Positions 37,037 to 51,319 are shown, counted from the first letter of the stretch. The stretch: 64,000 bases of DNA from Gnetum montanum (GCA_015680685.1 MNCI01000556.1:310001-374000), one strand, 5' to 3'. A program made the numbers and translations. Notes: generated from the letters alone by a model not told the origin.

Positions 37037-37273
37037 TACTCCTACAACTAACTAAAAACTCATCCTCAAGTGAATAAAAGTAGGATCGAGTTTTTTACAA
37101 AAATTGGAAAAGTATGGAATTTATTAACTAAAAGACTAACTAATTGACTGACTTTACCAATTTTGAGTGCTAGATTATACAGGATTAAAAAATTAACATC
37201 CATTATAACAAAATTAGAAAATTTACAAAAATTATAGTAGGTATTCCTATGTTACAAAAAATGGACAAAATTT

Positions 37274-40115
37274 TTAGTTAGTGCCTAGAGGTGGAGGCTT
37301 CTATGATGCTAAAGGTCCTTGGCCTAGTTCTAGCGTTGGTGGTAGTGGAGGCGACTAGGGTTGAACTGTTGCTACTAGTGGAAGCTTGAAAGCATCTAGT
37401 AATGCTTTCATCTTTTCTTGTTTGTCACATGGATCATAGGTAATCAACATAGCTTCACTGATGTTGGTTGAAGAGGGAACACCCCACAAGCATGATGTCG
37501 AAGAAAAAAACTTCTTCATGTTGATAAACCACATTGAAAGTTATTTACATTCAATGTCAAACATCTTTACCAAGTTCTACAACTCCTACTAATTATTCAT
37601 CCATCTTGTTAGGTTCTCAGCAATAAACCATTGGTTAGTGAATCTTCTCCTGAGAACTTCAAGCTTGTCAGTGCTTATCTCCAACTACTACTTGATCTTC
37701 TTATGATGCTTGAATTTTGTCTCATATAAGAGGTAGGAACTGGTCACTTGTTTCTTCAAATATATTCTTAGTCATCTTGTTATCAGCATAGCTAGGTTTG
37801 CATATCAAAGGCTGGCATCCTCCATATATTTAGTCATCTCTTTGATCTATAACCCTTTTATGAAAATGTCTACTTTATTATAAGTGTTTAGTCCATTAAA
37901 GATGGACTGCTACATGTCGTCTCTTTATTAGAGTTGTTGGAGGGTCTCATTCATCTTTGCCTTAGCTAATTGGATTTCTTTGTGATTAACTTCTTTGAGG
38001 AGGCCAACCTATTTTCTGTAATGGTTCTTTACTTGGTCCAATTTAGGGGCTTCATTTTTCTAGGAAGCTATCCTAATGGCTATCTTTTAGCAAAGAGCAC
38101 AAACTTTTTCCATTAAGAGATTTCTATTTTATACTATCAACCTTCTCAAGTCAAGGCTCACCCTGGCTAGCTACTCATGATATTGATGAACAAATTCAAC
38201 CATTTGATCCTTTTATTATTCTATATTCCTTTGATGATGAATGTCTTTAGTTAGGACCAAAGTTTATTTGTGAACTTGTGACAAATCCTTGTCAATGTGA
38301 AAGGCTGTGGGCTCTAACAAGGATACATCAAAGACTGCTACCTCCTTTGCACTCTCAACCTCCCTTATTTTGTGCTAAAGCTATTGGAAAGCTTCATCTA
38401 GCATGAGTTACAAGCTAAGAATTGTGGGATCAGAGAGACAAGCCCACAACTCTATAACCTTAGTAGTCAACCATTGGTTTTCAATGGTGGATGTCTGTAG
38501 TTGGACATTGGTAATGAGTAATTTATCTTTGATCTCTAATAACTATGAATAGGTTTTTGTAATCTCATTTAGAAGATTGAAGATCTTTGTAAGTGGTTGC
38601 CTAGATTCCACTAGTCATTTCAATAATTCTTTATGTTCAGTAGTGCTCAATCGATCACTCCCTACTCTTGTAGATATTTGGATGTCCACCATTGTAGAAA
38701 TGTCTAGCATGGACACCGTAGGAGCATTCATAGCCTTAGCTATCCTATCAACACCACCTTTGCCACTATTTTCTACCCTTAGTGCTGCATCACCAAAATA
38801 ATTGTCCTTTCATCTTCTTCCAAGTAGATGTATAAGGTTGCAATATTTTCTTAAATTTTAGGGAATTCTTGTCAAGAATTAGATATTGTAATTTCTTAAG
38901 TACTAGGATTCATTTTTGCAAGTGCTTGATTTCTTTGTGTGGAAAAGAGTGGGATGGTTTCTTGGTCTAGCCAATTGATGATCTTAGTATCCTCATTAAG
39001 ATGGCTCAGGACTAAATGATAAATCAATAGTTCTCCACCACCTACTAAATCTTGTTGTTGTTGTAGCTATTGTTAATGGGGTTTTTGGAGTCATTCAATA
39101 GCTACAACTGCTTTGAGTATTATCTTTGGCATTAGAAGTGATGATGGTGGGGTCCTTTCCTTTTCTCTCAACTTGGCTAGTGCAATATCCTTTATCATCT
39201 CATACTAAGATGTAGTAGGAGCATGACAAACCATGTCATTGGCATTACATGTTATGCATCCCCTTTTGTAAAGTTTTTTGATTAGGCACAAAAAGGGGAG
39301 AGTCTTCCTTCCTTATTGTTCTCCTTAAAGCACTTTTCTATCTTTAGATAGATAAGCTAGGAAAGTTTAACAAGGAATCTTCTACTTAGAGTGATGCACG
39401 TATAGGAAAAGAAGGTTGTAACCTTACTTGGCCTCATCGTGGGATTTAGGTGATAGAACATAATTTTAAAAGGCACTTTGGTGAGTGTACCATACTCCTT
39501 ATAATCCATCCCATATCAACACTAGACCCATTTCTTCTTCACTTTAAGATTTTATTAGAATGAAATCTCTGTCAATTTTTCCCTAATGTTAGGAAAATGA
39601 AGGATCTTTATGATTAGTTCAATTTGGTAGGAGACTATGATATCTTTAATCCTGATGGAAGCATCTCCTTATTGATTGTTCCAAAATAGGTAAGTCTTCC
39701 CCATGTACCATTTTCAAATGAAGGAGAAAATGGACCACATGGGAGACACCTGTAACTAAGTATGGACATATTTAGATGTTAGCTCTAAGAAGAATCCAAA
39801 GTACAATTCTTGGAGAACAAAACTTTGAACCTTCTTGGTTTTGATTCTCTCTAGGTAGGCCTCTATTAGGGTAACTTTGAGGTTAGGCCTTGGCCTAGAA
39901 GCTTCATCCTACTTGGATTGGTTGGTCTCTATGATGGAAAATTATTGAATAGATTCCACCTTGGGCTTCTCCCAAAGAGGTTCTGTTGCATGTGTTGCCT
40001 TAGCCTCTTGCTCTTGGGGCTACTGTAGTTGTTTTTGTTGGTCCCTTCCTCCTCTTGGATACTTTTCCCTAAACTGGGAAGGTCCTCCTATTTGTGATCC
40101 TCTTTTTGATGTGAT
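37274..40115 (-). pseudogene. ORF3 of element E (full length, heavily decayed)
   Basis: Minus strand ...SKRGSQIGGPSQ start, WYMGKTYLFWNN (equivalent to WYLGETYQFWHN), LPFLCLIKKLYK, coiled coil, ends PLGTN* like PPGTT* in A. Confidence 0.8.
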
Positions 40116-40411
40116 TTGATCACAAATGTTACCTAAGATTAGATTTTTACTTTATAACCCTTAGTTCTTTTGATACTTCTCTTATTAGATTAGGTTATAG
40201 TTAGGGTTGTTTGTGATCTTGGTAGTGAATATTATTTTAATTATTAGCTACTAGAGTTTCTTTATCAAGTTTGATCCACTTAGTATGAGTGGTTTAATAT
40301 TATTTTAATGGATAAATTTTCTAAAAGAAACTAAATGTTTATGTCCCCCACAACGTAAAGCTTACCTCTAATAGCTAGAGGATCAAAGAACAAGGTGAAT
40401 CAGGTGAGTAG

Positions 40412-41250
40412 TAATAAACCAATTTTTTTACTGGCAAAGATATTGGGCATCCAATATCGAACCTATGATATCAAATCCTCCATATTAGGGCACAAGCTAC
40501 AATGTCAAAGATCAGATATCGTAGACACATGTAAGCCTATAAATACAACACTTAGGCACATAGTCCAACAACAATTTCATTCCAATCTTAGATAAATTTT
40601 GTTAGTTTATTTTCTTGATTTTAGTACTTAGTAGTTAGTAGTGTATGTCTGTAGTGTGATGTTAAGTGATTGAACAAAGTCTTTGTTCAAGTGGAATGTA
40701 CTTGGACACATTTCATGATTAAAAATAAAGATCAAGATTACTTTGCATCATTGCAGCATCACTTAGATTTATTTACTATTTACTTAGACTAATGTTTACT
40801 ATTTTGACTTAGTATAATGTTTACTATTTCTCTAGTTATTAATTTACTTTCCCATTCACTTTATTATTGTTGTTGTTAAGTTGAATGAGTATGATTTATC
40901 TCAAACAATTAAGTGTAATTGCTTGGTAGCTCAATAGTACTATTGCTTGGTGTGCCCAGTTGTAGAGCATTTGGTAATGCTAGTAGTAGTTGCATGAAGT
41001 TTAAGGTGTGAACAAAAGGTTAGGATGGATGCTCATCACCATAGGCTAGATTAGATTCATTTATTGCTTTAGTTAAACTTAAACTTAGAATTAGTTTTTA
41101 CTCTTTACAGTGGATACTAGGAGAATGACCCATACAACATCAGTTATCATACACCTCACTATGAGTTAAACCATACACATTGATTTTTCTAACTCAGGTG
41201 GGAAGACAATGATCATGAACTCAACCAATTACTAGCATAAGGCTATTGCC
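40412..41250 (+). repeat. Upstream, 3'-truncated LTR copy of C
   Basis: Collinear with 41476-42308, then switches to an ORF3 terminus (..ggaactacataa) and 3' UTR/PPT. Confidence 0.85.
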
Positions 41251-41475
41251 ATCTAGAACTATTGCCACATGGAACTACATAAGGCTACATCAAGCTTAAT
41301 CAAATTTTATTTTTTGTTAAAGTTGTCCTATCATTTTTGTAAACACCATTGTAGCATTTAAGAGTCATGTATATAATATTTAGTGTCATGTGAATCTATC
41401 TCCCAATTTTATATGGAAATCCATCCTCATTTTGTTTTTAACTTGAGGATGAGTTTTTAGTTAGTCATTGGGGTA

Positions 41476-42390
41476 TGATAAATCAAATTTTTTATGGGCT
41501 ATGATATCAAGGATCTGATATCGTGGCTGCGATGTCAGATCCTCAATATTAGGACACAAGCTACGATGTTAGATATTTGATATCTCGAACACATGTGAGC
41601 CTATAAATACGACACTTAGGTGCATGGTGAAATAACAATTTCATTCCAACCTTTGCAAAATTTTGTTAATTTGTTTTCTTGATTTTAGTACTTAGCACTT
41701 AGCAGCGTATGCCCATAGTGTGATGTTAAGTGATTGAATGGAGTCTTTCTTCAAGTGGAATATACTTGAACATATTTCATGACTAAAAATAAAGATCGAG
41801 ATTACTTTGCATCATTACAGCACCATTTAGATTTCTTTACTATTTACTTAGATTTCTTTACTATTTACTTAGTATAATCTTTATTATTTCTCTAGTTATT
41901 AATTTACTTTCACATGCACTTTACTATTATTGTTGTTAAGAAAAATGAGTACAACTACTCTCGAATACTTAAGTGTAATTGCTTGGTAACTAAGTAGTAC
42001 TATTGCTTGATATTCCTAGTAGTGAAGTACTTGGTAATCCCAGTAGTAGTTGCATGAAGTCCAAGATGTGAATGAAAGGTCAAGATGGATGCTCATCACC
42101 ATAGGCTAGATTGATTCCTTTATCACTTTAGTTAAACTTAACTTAGAATTAAAATTTATTCTTTACAATGGATACCAGGAGAATGACCCCACAAAACATC
42201 AATTATCATACATCTCACTATGAGTTAAACCATACACATTGATTTTACTAACTCACGTGGGAAGACAATGATCACAAACTCAACCAATTACTAGCATAGT
42301 CACATTGCCTTGTCTACAGAATTCAAGTAGGCTATGCATGAACACTTATATCTCATATGGTTTTATGTTGGATTACTCCACCACTGATCA
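41476..42390 (+). repeat. LTR of C flanked by both a PPT (upstream) and a tRNA-Asp PBS (downstream)
   Basis: acttgaggatgagtttttagttagtcattggggta|TGATA...gatca|t tggtgtcgttgccaagga. Confidence 0.9.
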
Positions 42391-42528
42391 TTGGTGTCGT
42401 TGCCAAGGATAAGTCAATGTATGCATAGTAATTGATTTCTTAAAGTTTGTTGTATTTGAGACACAAAGTCAAACCTTACAACCATTAGAAAATAAAAATT
42501 AAAACATAATGTCTAAAAAATATATAAT

Positions 42529-43810
42529 ATGACATTAAACAAAGATCAATCATCACCTACCAAGGAGACAATAATAAGCAATGAAAAAATCATTGATGAA
42601 GAAGAATGGGGAATGCCAATGGAAATAAGAATTACTTATGCTCACACTGATCCTTATCATCTAGATTTCACTTTCATCTTTCATCAAGACAATCAAATGA
42701 GATGGATGGATATGCAAGGCAACATAGTCCTACCTCTAGAATGTGCAACAGTCAACATGCTTCAAACTACCTTAATGGAAATGAATCTAAACCAAATCTA
42801 AGAAGGGTACCATGTGACTAAACACATGACTAGGCCCTATGAACCCATAAAAGAGGAGATGAGGAGAGATGCTACAATGGAAATAAAACATGTACATAAC
42901 AAAGAGAGGCACATCAACGCTTCTTTTATCTTGGAGGAACTTGATGTTGATTCATTTATTTTAGAGAAATTCCACCAAAACCATAAGGATCCTTCAAAAG
43001 TACCTATCATCAGACTTGAGGAACCTATCAAACCCCAATTTCATTTCACTCTAGTAAAGGTACCTAAGAAGGAGGCTACTAACTAGAAGCATAAGTAGGA
43101 CTCAAGGCCAAGGGTTCCTACCAAATCCTACAAAGAACCATACAAGAGTCATCAAAGGAGAACAAGTTGACATCATTATCCTACTACCTCATCACAATCA
43201 TCGAAGGACTATGATAGAAGATGACATAAGTACTGGGACTATGATAAGGAAGAATAGAGGACTCATGATCACCATGAATATTGTTCAAGACACTTTGATA
43301 TAGAAGATGAAGAATATGAACAAAGGAGATGAAGGGATTGAAGGGAGGATCAAGAAAGGTATGAGCATAGAAGGGGTCACCACTACAATAGAGGATACAA
43401 ACTTGACCATGATGATGAACCCATTATGGTAACCCAGAGCATGATAAACATCCAAAAAGCTATCGACATACCAACCAAGCATGTGAGGGATAGCCAAATA
43501 AAATAGTTAGACATGAACAACATGTCAAGATTTGAAGGTGACTACAATGCTAATCCACAACATTACCTTCAAGCTTTCCATGATGCTTGTATCCTAAAAA
43601 ATATTGAAAGTGATTCATAAAAGTTGAGGCTATTTTCCTAAACACTTGTGAAGGATGCGAAGTGTTGTACTAGTCATTGGAACCTAAATCAATCAAACAT
43701 TGGAGTACCATGCTTAAACTTTTCAATGACAAATATTAGACTTATTCACAATTGTCTAACTTATGAAAAAAAATCTAGGGATGGAAGCAAGGAACTCATG
43801 AGATCCTTGA
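42529..43810 (+). pseudogene. gag: gag of C, 5' part (including N-terminal extension)
   Basis: YAHTDPYHLDFTFIFHQD extension; NPQHYLQAFHDAC; QGTHEIL interrupted by B. Confidence 0.8.
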
Positions 43811-44380
43811 TGATGAAGTGTCAAAAGTCAATGAGTCGATTGGGCTGCGTATCTGGGGCCACGTATACGCGGCCACGTCGATGTGAACTCGTCGACATAG
43901 CCACCCTACATTGACGTAGCCCCGTTTACGCAGCCACCTTTCCTAGATGTATAAATATGAGGGCCATCCAAACACTTGGTGAGCCCAGTGATGCTTAACA
44001 TCTGGTAATCCAGTAGTATTAGGAAATGCTCAGGACGTGCTTAGAAGATGGGACTGGATACTTATGCTAGGAGTAGTTAGAATATAAACTAGGGTAATTA
44101 GAGATTAGATTATAGTTTATTCCTTACCTTCCATACTTCAATTAGTCATCGAAAAAGATAATTAAAAAGATATAAAAATCATTAACCTTAGTCTCACTTA
44201 ACCAACGTAAACAGAGCTTCACAAGTGAGATTAGGATGACAACGACCATTCTAACCCAAGGTTTCACTAGTTAGAAGTCTGGTGTAAGTTAAGTGCTTAC
44301 AGTCTACAAATTTTGACCGAGTCGTGCATGAATGCTCATGATTCGTATGGTTGGGCGTAGGGATACCTAGCCACTCATCA
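43811..44380 (+). repeat. 5' LTR of B (570 bp, internal deletion)
   Basis: Matches 53475-54399 except for a ~370 bp block missing after the TATA box. Confidence 0.95.
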
Positions 44381-44525
44381 TTGGTGCCATTGCTGGGGAC
44401 TGTTAGTCTTACATGCATCATCTGACCTTAGTGAAATTATCATTTAAGTCATTGGAACAGACCCAGGGTAGAAATATCTACGCGCACTAGGCGAACTTAA
44501 GTTAATCATAAGGTACACTGATTAT

Positions 44526-47100
44526 ATGGAACATCTATCATCCAACATGTCTTCTCACAGGAGAGATGCATTTGAACCATCGGTGCCACAAGAATGTCGG
44601 GTGGTGTACAAACATCCCGATGAATATATCCCTGATTTCACATTCATCCTATATCAGGATGAACATCTTCGATTGTGGGTCATGGAGGGTAGCATCGTGC
44701 TACTGCCCGACCGAGCAGCTCATACGATGCTATATCACAATCTGGGTAGATTGGGCATCTAGGACTGAGTGGCGGAGTATGTCATGGAGGACCATGACTA
44801 CCGGGACTATCATCCCACAAAAGCTCAACGGACAAGAGATCAGCAGCAAGTCGAGAGATATGAACAACAGAAGGGGAAGCAATTCACCAACCCCTTATTA
44901 TTGCAAGGACTACAAGACAATGGGGATCTCGTATTTAATGATACTCATTCAACCAAGCTTCACTTGGGGCTGTAGATCCTCCAGTCAGTCATTCAGAAAA
45001 AACCTCCAAGTGACCACGATCCTCAAGGGGATGGCGGGTCACGTAGCAAAGTTGGAGGAGATGACCGTGGCCATCACCAGGGTAGTTGGGATTTCACTAC
45101 CGAAGTGGTGGCAATGCCTCTCCTTCTTCTCCGTCCTCCCCCTCTCCTTCATCTTCATCTAGTGTAGGTTCTGAGCATCACAAGGGAAGGTTGGAGAGAA
45201 AGGATGGTGGTAAGCTGGTTTGGAAGGGGCAACATGAGGGAGCATGCGACCAATCATGTGGTCCTCGCCAGCATGAAAGAAGGGGTAGCAAAAATCATCA
45301 TAGATGTCATAGTCCCCAACAAGACTATGATTCAGATGAGCCATTGTTAGCTACTCGGAGCATGCTTCAAATTGCAGAGGTAGTTCACATTCCAAGTAGG
45401 CACATGAAGGATAGTTAGATCAAGCATGTTGACATGAACAACATTCCCAGATTTGAAGGGGGATACAACTGTGATCCGTAGACCCACCTGCAGGTGTTCC
45501 ATGATGCCTGCACCCTGCAAAATATTGATAACAATTGGAAATGGTTGAAGCTATTCCCTTGTACACTCATCAAAGAAGCTGAAAGTTGGTACCAGTCCTT
45601 GGAGTTGAAATCAATTAGAAGATGGAGTATGATGCTTGAAATCTTTAATGACAAATATCAAACGTACTACAGAGTGATGAATCTAAGATGGCAGATCCAA
45701 GGTTGGAAACAAGGGAATCATGAACCCTTGGATGTTGCCATGAGTAGGTATTACTCACTGTTGCATCGATGCCCTGTTCATGGTTACTCTTAGCGGGTAC
45801 AACTTCACCACATTATAAATGGGCTTCATTTTGAAACACGAAAGACCCTTGGTGTGTACGCCAGGGGATAGTTGTCAGAGCTAAGGATCCATCAGTTGTA
45901 GCGCCTCATTGATCAGGTGACCAAAGAGGAAGGAGAACTCAGAAAAATGGAGAGTGCCAAAGAATTCAACTGGGACCCTTGTCTTAGAAAAAGGGAGGTC
46001 TGATTTTGTAATGAGGATGATGAGTCACCACTGGAAGTAGCTATGAATAGGAAGACTTTTCCGTTACAAAAGTTTGCATTTGAAATATCAACAAAAGTGG
46101 ATAAAATGTGGGACTCTTTGGATGAGAGATTACAAAGTGTATTGAAAATCATAGAAGAGTCCAAAGAACAGGGTAGTGACAGTGATTGGTGTAGGAAGAA
46201 GGGAGCTAAACATGCCCAACATAAGGGTAAGGAAAAAGTTGCTGTAGTAGAGCAGGTTGAAGACTCTACCACCAAGGAGGATGATGGATGTGGCATATGC
46301 CAATATGAACATCCTAAGGGTTGTTGTCCTATGATGTCCCACCTTCAAGAGTCTGGAATCTATGCCTTGAGCCCTTGTTTGGTGTAGTGGCAGATACCTC
46401 GAAGGTTGCCTTCTTCACAAGGCAACCCCAGGCAATTCCACCAGTAGCAACAAGGATACTATCCAAGTGGAATGCATCCACAACTGTATGAATATTTTCA
46501 ACAGTGGTAGCAATCACAAGCATGGGGGGTGCCACCTCCAAGGTAGTAGTACCCTTACAAGAAAGTAGATCCTTATGGGTACTATGTTCAGAAATCAGTC
46601 TCTCCAAGAGACTCTTCCAGTTATGCAGCCTTTCCCAATTACTACCACTGCCTTGAATATTTTAGACATCCATCTCCATCACCTAGGGGAACAAATCTAC
46701 ATCACATCTACCCTCTGTCACCTTATTTTGCCACTCCTCCACACCATCCCTCTAAGTTGCCACCTACTCCATCCATGCAAGGAGAAATATCACCACAACC
46801 ACAACAACGAAATGCTACGAGGGCTGTTAACTTAGAATCGACACCTCGGCCAAGTGGACCAAAATCCAAGCCACGCAAACATCCTTTCTTCTAGCCCAAT
46901 AATCTGAACACACCCTTACCTACACCCATGACTAGTGCCTTCGAACATACCAATGCCTCCAACATCATACCGCCCGAGCAGTCCTTTGCTCCACCGCATT
47001 CCAATGTCCAAACGATTATGCTCACACATGCCATGATCGACTAGATCAAGGCTGGTTCTCTCGCCTAGAAATTGACAAATCTGGGAAGCCCCCTAATCTA
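44526..47100 (+). pseudogene. gag: gag of B with N-terminal extension and Pro/Gln-rich tail
   Basis: DPxTHLQVFHDAC; WLKLFPCTLIKEAESWY; QIQGWKQGNHEPLDVAMSRYY; knuckle CGICQYEHPKGCCP. Confidence 0.9.
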
Positions 47101-47107
47101 TCTTTAG

Positions 47108-50100
47108 GTGGCTAGGAATGAGCCGTGCAAAGCTCTTCTAGACTCAGGGTCAGGGGTTAATTTAATCTCTCATGACATGTACAAGGACTGGAACCTACCC
47201 CCGCTAAAGAAGAGCAACATCTGGTTTGAGTTAGCAGATCAATCCATCACCATTCCTTTGGGTTTGGTGGAGGCCATTGTGACCACTATTTGTGGGTGGT
47301 CCTACCCTGCTGACTTCTTGATCATCTATGTAGAAAACTGTAAGGGAAACTTTCCAATCATCATGGGAAGAGCTTGGCTAAGCACAGTGGATGCACGACT
47401 AGGACTCCAAGATCTGTCCTTGGAAATTTCAAAGGAAAATCCTTTCAGGAAGATCGAGAAGAAAAGAGTTCCATGCATCGCGTACAGTGACTCGGGGTGC
47501 AACTGTGTGCAATAGTTATGATCTGCTAAGCAGACATCCATTCAAGCATGCAGTCGGTGTACCGAGGAATCACCAATTCAACAATGCTTGTATGTAGCAG
47601 CCACTAACCAAGAAGGCACCTAGTGGTTGACAGCTGATCTTGCTAGCAGCATATTATGCATGGAACTGTCTGAGGGGCTAGTGCAAGCTTATATTGATAG
47701 CACAGATGTGATGAAGGAGATCCATCAATGGACCTCCATCGTTGATGACCTAGATGACTGGGGAAAGCTAGAGAACCCTGAGAGCTTCAAGAAAAAGCCC
47801 CTTGATCTAAAATCCCTACTGGCTCACTTAGAGTATGCATTCTTGCAAAATGATAAGCCAGTAATTATCAATGCTGCCTTTTCTCCTGAACAAAAAAAGA
47901 GGTTGTTGGTGATGGTAAACAAATGGGTTGCTACATTTGCGTGATCCTATCCTGAGCTGACTAGCATTGATCCTAGGATCTTCCAGCACCAGATCTACCT
48001 TGACCCTTCCATGAAGCCATGACGATAGCCACAAAGATGGTTGAATCTCAAGTTGAAGCAGGTAGTAAAGGATGAAATTGAACAACTGCTTAAGGCAGGA
48101 TTCATTTATTCTATCATTGATAGCGAGTGGGTTAGCCCCCTTGTTATTGTACCCAAGAAAGATGGCAAGTGGAGGGTCTGTATCAATTTTCCGTTGCTCA
48201 ACATGGCAGCTTTCAGGGACCACTTCCCGCTCCCATTTGTGGACCAGGTGTTGGACACAATCGCAGAACACCAAAATTATAGCTTTTTGGATGGTTATAG
48301 TGGTTATAACCAAATCCAAATAGCACTAGAGGAGCAGGCCAAAACTACTTTCATGAGTCCATGGGGGACTTTTGCATATAAGAAGATGCCCTTTGGCCTA
48401 TGCAATGCGCCTGCAACATTACAACGCCTTGTCCTAAGCATCTTCCAGCAACAAATTAGCAATGGTGTAGAAGTCTCCATGGATGACTTCTCTACCTATG
48501 GTGCCACATTCGAGTAAGCTTTGGAAAGTCTAGAGCAAGTTCTAAAGAGGTGTGTAGACACGAATCTACGGGTAAATTGGAAAAAGAGCCACCTGATGAT
48601 CCAAGAGGGCATAGTGTTGGGGCATCACATTTCATCAATAGGGATCGGCGTAGACTTTGAAAAGATCAGGGTCATCCAAGGAATTACCCACAAACCAAGT
48701 ACTGTCAAAGATGTGCAGTCATTCCTTGGACACACTGGTTACTACTGACGCTTCATTAAACACTTCTCGAAGATAGCCTGGCTGTTGGTAGAGCTTACAA
48801 AGAAGGACGCTTCGTTTGTCTGGACCAAGGAATGCGAGTCTGCATTCCAAGAGCTGAAGCAGAAACTCGTAGAAGCTCCAGTTCTACGGGTACTTGATTG
48901 GTCTAGATCCTTTCACATTATGACAGATGCCTCCAACTACACTTTGAGAGCTGTGCTTACATAGTGTGATGATCAGAAACATCCGTATTATATCCACTGT
49001 GCAAGCCATAGCATTGTGGGTGCACAACTAAACTATACCACCACCGAGAAAGAATTGATGGCGGTGGTGTTCGCATTGGAAAAATTTTGGCACTATGTGC
49101 TTGGATATGAGGTGTTTGTGCACACAGGCCATAGTGCTATCTAGTTCCTGATGAACAAACCAACGGTGAGCCCCCACATAATTCGGTGGTTGGTGATTCT
49201 TCAGGAGTTTGATTTGACCATGGTAGACAGAAAGGGATCCAAGAATGTGGTCGCTGACCATTTGTCTCGATTATGATGGGATAACACAGAAGAGGAGGAG
49301 CCTTTATCCAATCAATTTCCAGATGAACTCCTCTTCACAGGCGCTGTTGATTCTCAAGCACCTGAGGAATCTCCTTGGTTTAATCACATCCTCACCTACC
49401 TTACAACCTAGAAGCTGCCAAAAGAATGGAACCATTGGTAGAAACAGTAGTTTCTCCATAAGGCCAAGCATTTCATGGAAATCAATGGCCACCTCTACAA
49501 GGTGTGTGTAGACGGCTTGGTTCGATGGCATGTCCTTGACGATGATACACTATGCGTCCTTCAAGATGCTCAAGAGGGCTCTTGTGGGGGCCACTATGCT
49601 GGATGCAGAACGATCATTAAAATCCTTCTTGCAGGGTATTATTAGCCTACACTTTTTAGGGATGCACAATGGTTCACCTGCTCCTACGAACGATGCCAGA
49701 GAGATGGTGTGATGTTGGCACAGTTGGAGGGACCTGAATAGTGGATTTAGCCACTAGAGCCCTTCGACATTTGGGGTATCAACTTCATGGATCCCATCAC
49801 CCCCTTGTCAAATGGAAAGGCATACATCATCGTGGCAGTGGACTACTATACAAAGTGGGCAAAAGCGGCAACCGTCATCGACTGTTCTTCAAACACCACC
49901 GCACGATTTGTCTAGCAACAAATCGTTACCAGGTTTGGAGTACCTTGCACACTCATTTCTAACAATGGGACTTACTTCACGGGGGTCACTTTTCGAAAGC
50001 TCATGCAACGCTTAGGGGTAACACATAAATTCACAATACCTTATCACCCCCAAGCCAACAGGTAGGCCAAAGTCACAAATAGGGAAATTACCAAGATCCT

Positions 50101-50611
50101 TACATGAACAATTAGCAAATACAGGAGGAATTGGAGTACCAAGCTCAACGATGCCCTATGGGCCTATCGCTCCACTTGGAAACTTCCTATGAGTTAGTGT
50201 ACAGTAAGTTGCCAACACTTACAATCTAGGAAAAACTTTGAACACTATTCACCGCTTGTGACCTCGGCCTTGACCTACTGCTAGCACAATGAGAACGATT
50301 AATCAATTTGAGTGTGCTAGATGAGAACTGATTAGTGGCCCTATTTTCAAGTGAAACACACAAGGCCTATAACAAGAAATGACATGATCTTATGATTCGG
50401 AACGTCACATTTCGATGTGGAGACAAGGTACTGTATTGGAACCCCTCACCTATATCCCAACCGACAAAGTTTTAGACACTATGGGAGGGACCTTATATTG
50501 TCTTTGAAACCTTTCCATTTGGGGCCTCGCTCATCCACAAACCTGGGGACCCCACCAGAACACAGTTGGTCAATTGCCAACAACTCAAACCTTTCTATGA
50601 GCTTCACATAG
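47108..50611 (+). pseudogene. pol: pol of B: aspartic protease, RT, RNase H, integrase (gypsy order), with stops
   Basis: ALLDSGSGVNLI; FLDGYSGYNQI, MPFGLCNAPAT, MDDF; TDASNY, NYTTTEKELMAVVFALEKF, NVVADHL; PFDIWGINFM, YHPQAN. Confidence 0.95.
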
Positions 50612-51319
50612 CCAGTGTCATAGCCTCATCGTTAGCCAGTCATCCACGCTCCATCTTTTGCATCTCCTCCTTTCCACCTAGTCGTGGGGGAGACCCTCAT
50701 CCCTGCTGATCCATCCCACTACACCCCTCATCATTTTAGCATTTTTTTACACTTTTTTGTTTTACACTTTTTTTTCTTCCACTTTTGTTTTCCATTTTTT
50801 GTTTTACACTTCATTTTTTTCCACTTTTTGTCTTACAATTTTTTGTTTCCATTTTTCATGTTTTTTGTTTTTTGTTTAAATGTTGTTGTCATATTGTTTG
50901 GCGTGGTCAGTTTTTGTTACGATGGGTACTGTAATAGTCTTCCTAGTTATCTGGTTCCCGCCATTGCATGGTTGTCCTTGTATAGTACGTCATTTCCACT
51001 TCATAAACTTGATAGTGAGTCCACATCATCCACCCATTCCCCATTCCATGGTTTTCCTTGTGTCATGAACATGTAATAACCTTCATTTAAAAAAATTTTA
51101 ATCAATGTGTGACTTGTGTAGTTACTAGACTAAGGGATGACCCAATGGTTTGAATCGGGTGTGACTTCAAGGGGAATGCTTTATTCGTTGTTCTATTTTG
51201 TTCCCTGGGTTGCTGGCGTGTCCTCACAGATTTCCTACCACTCCAAGTCTCTCTCCACAGAAGCTTTTGGGCAGTTTGACCTTGCATGATGTGGTCCTCA
51301 CTGAAAAAAAAAATCAAAA

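Larger units (their letters stand above)
36233..40411 (-). mobile_element. Element E: 3' part (ORF3, PPT, 3' LTR) of an Athila-like element of the B subfamily, interrupted at 40412 by element C
   Basis: LTR 36233-37036, PPT block 37037-37075, ORF3 remnant aligning with the B coiled-coil region. Confidence 0.85.

Noticed and set aside
50684-51076. Hydrophobic Phe-rich ORF as a transmembrane env protein
   Set aside because: It is translation of the T-rich non-coding tract after pol; the equivalent tracts in A, C and D have no conserved frame
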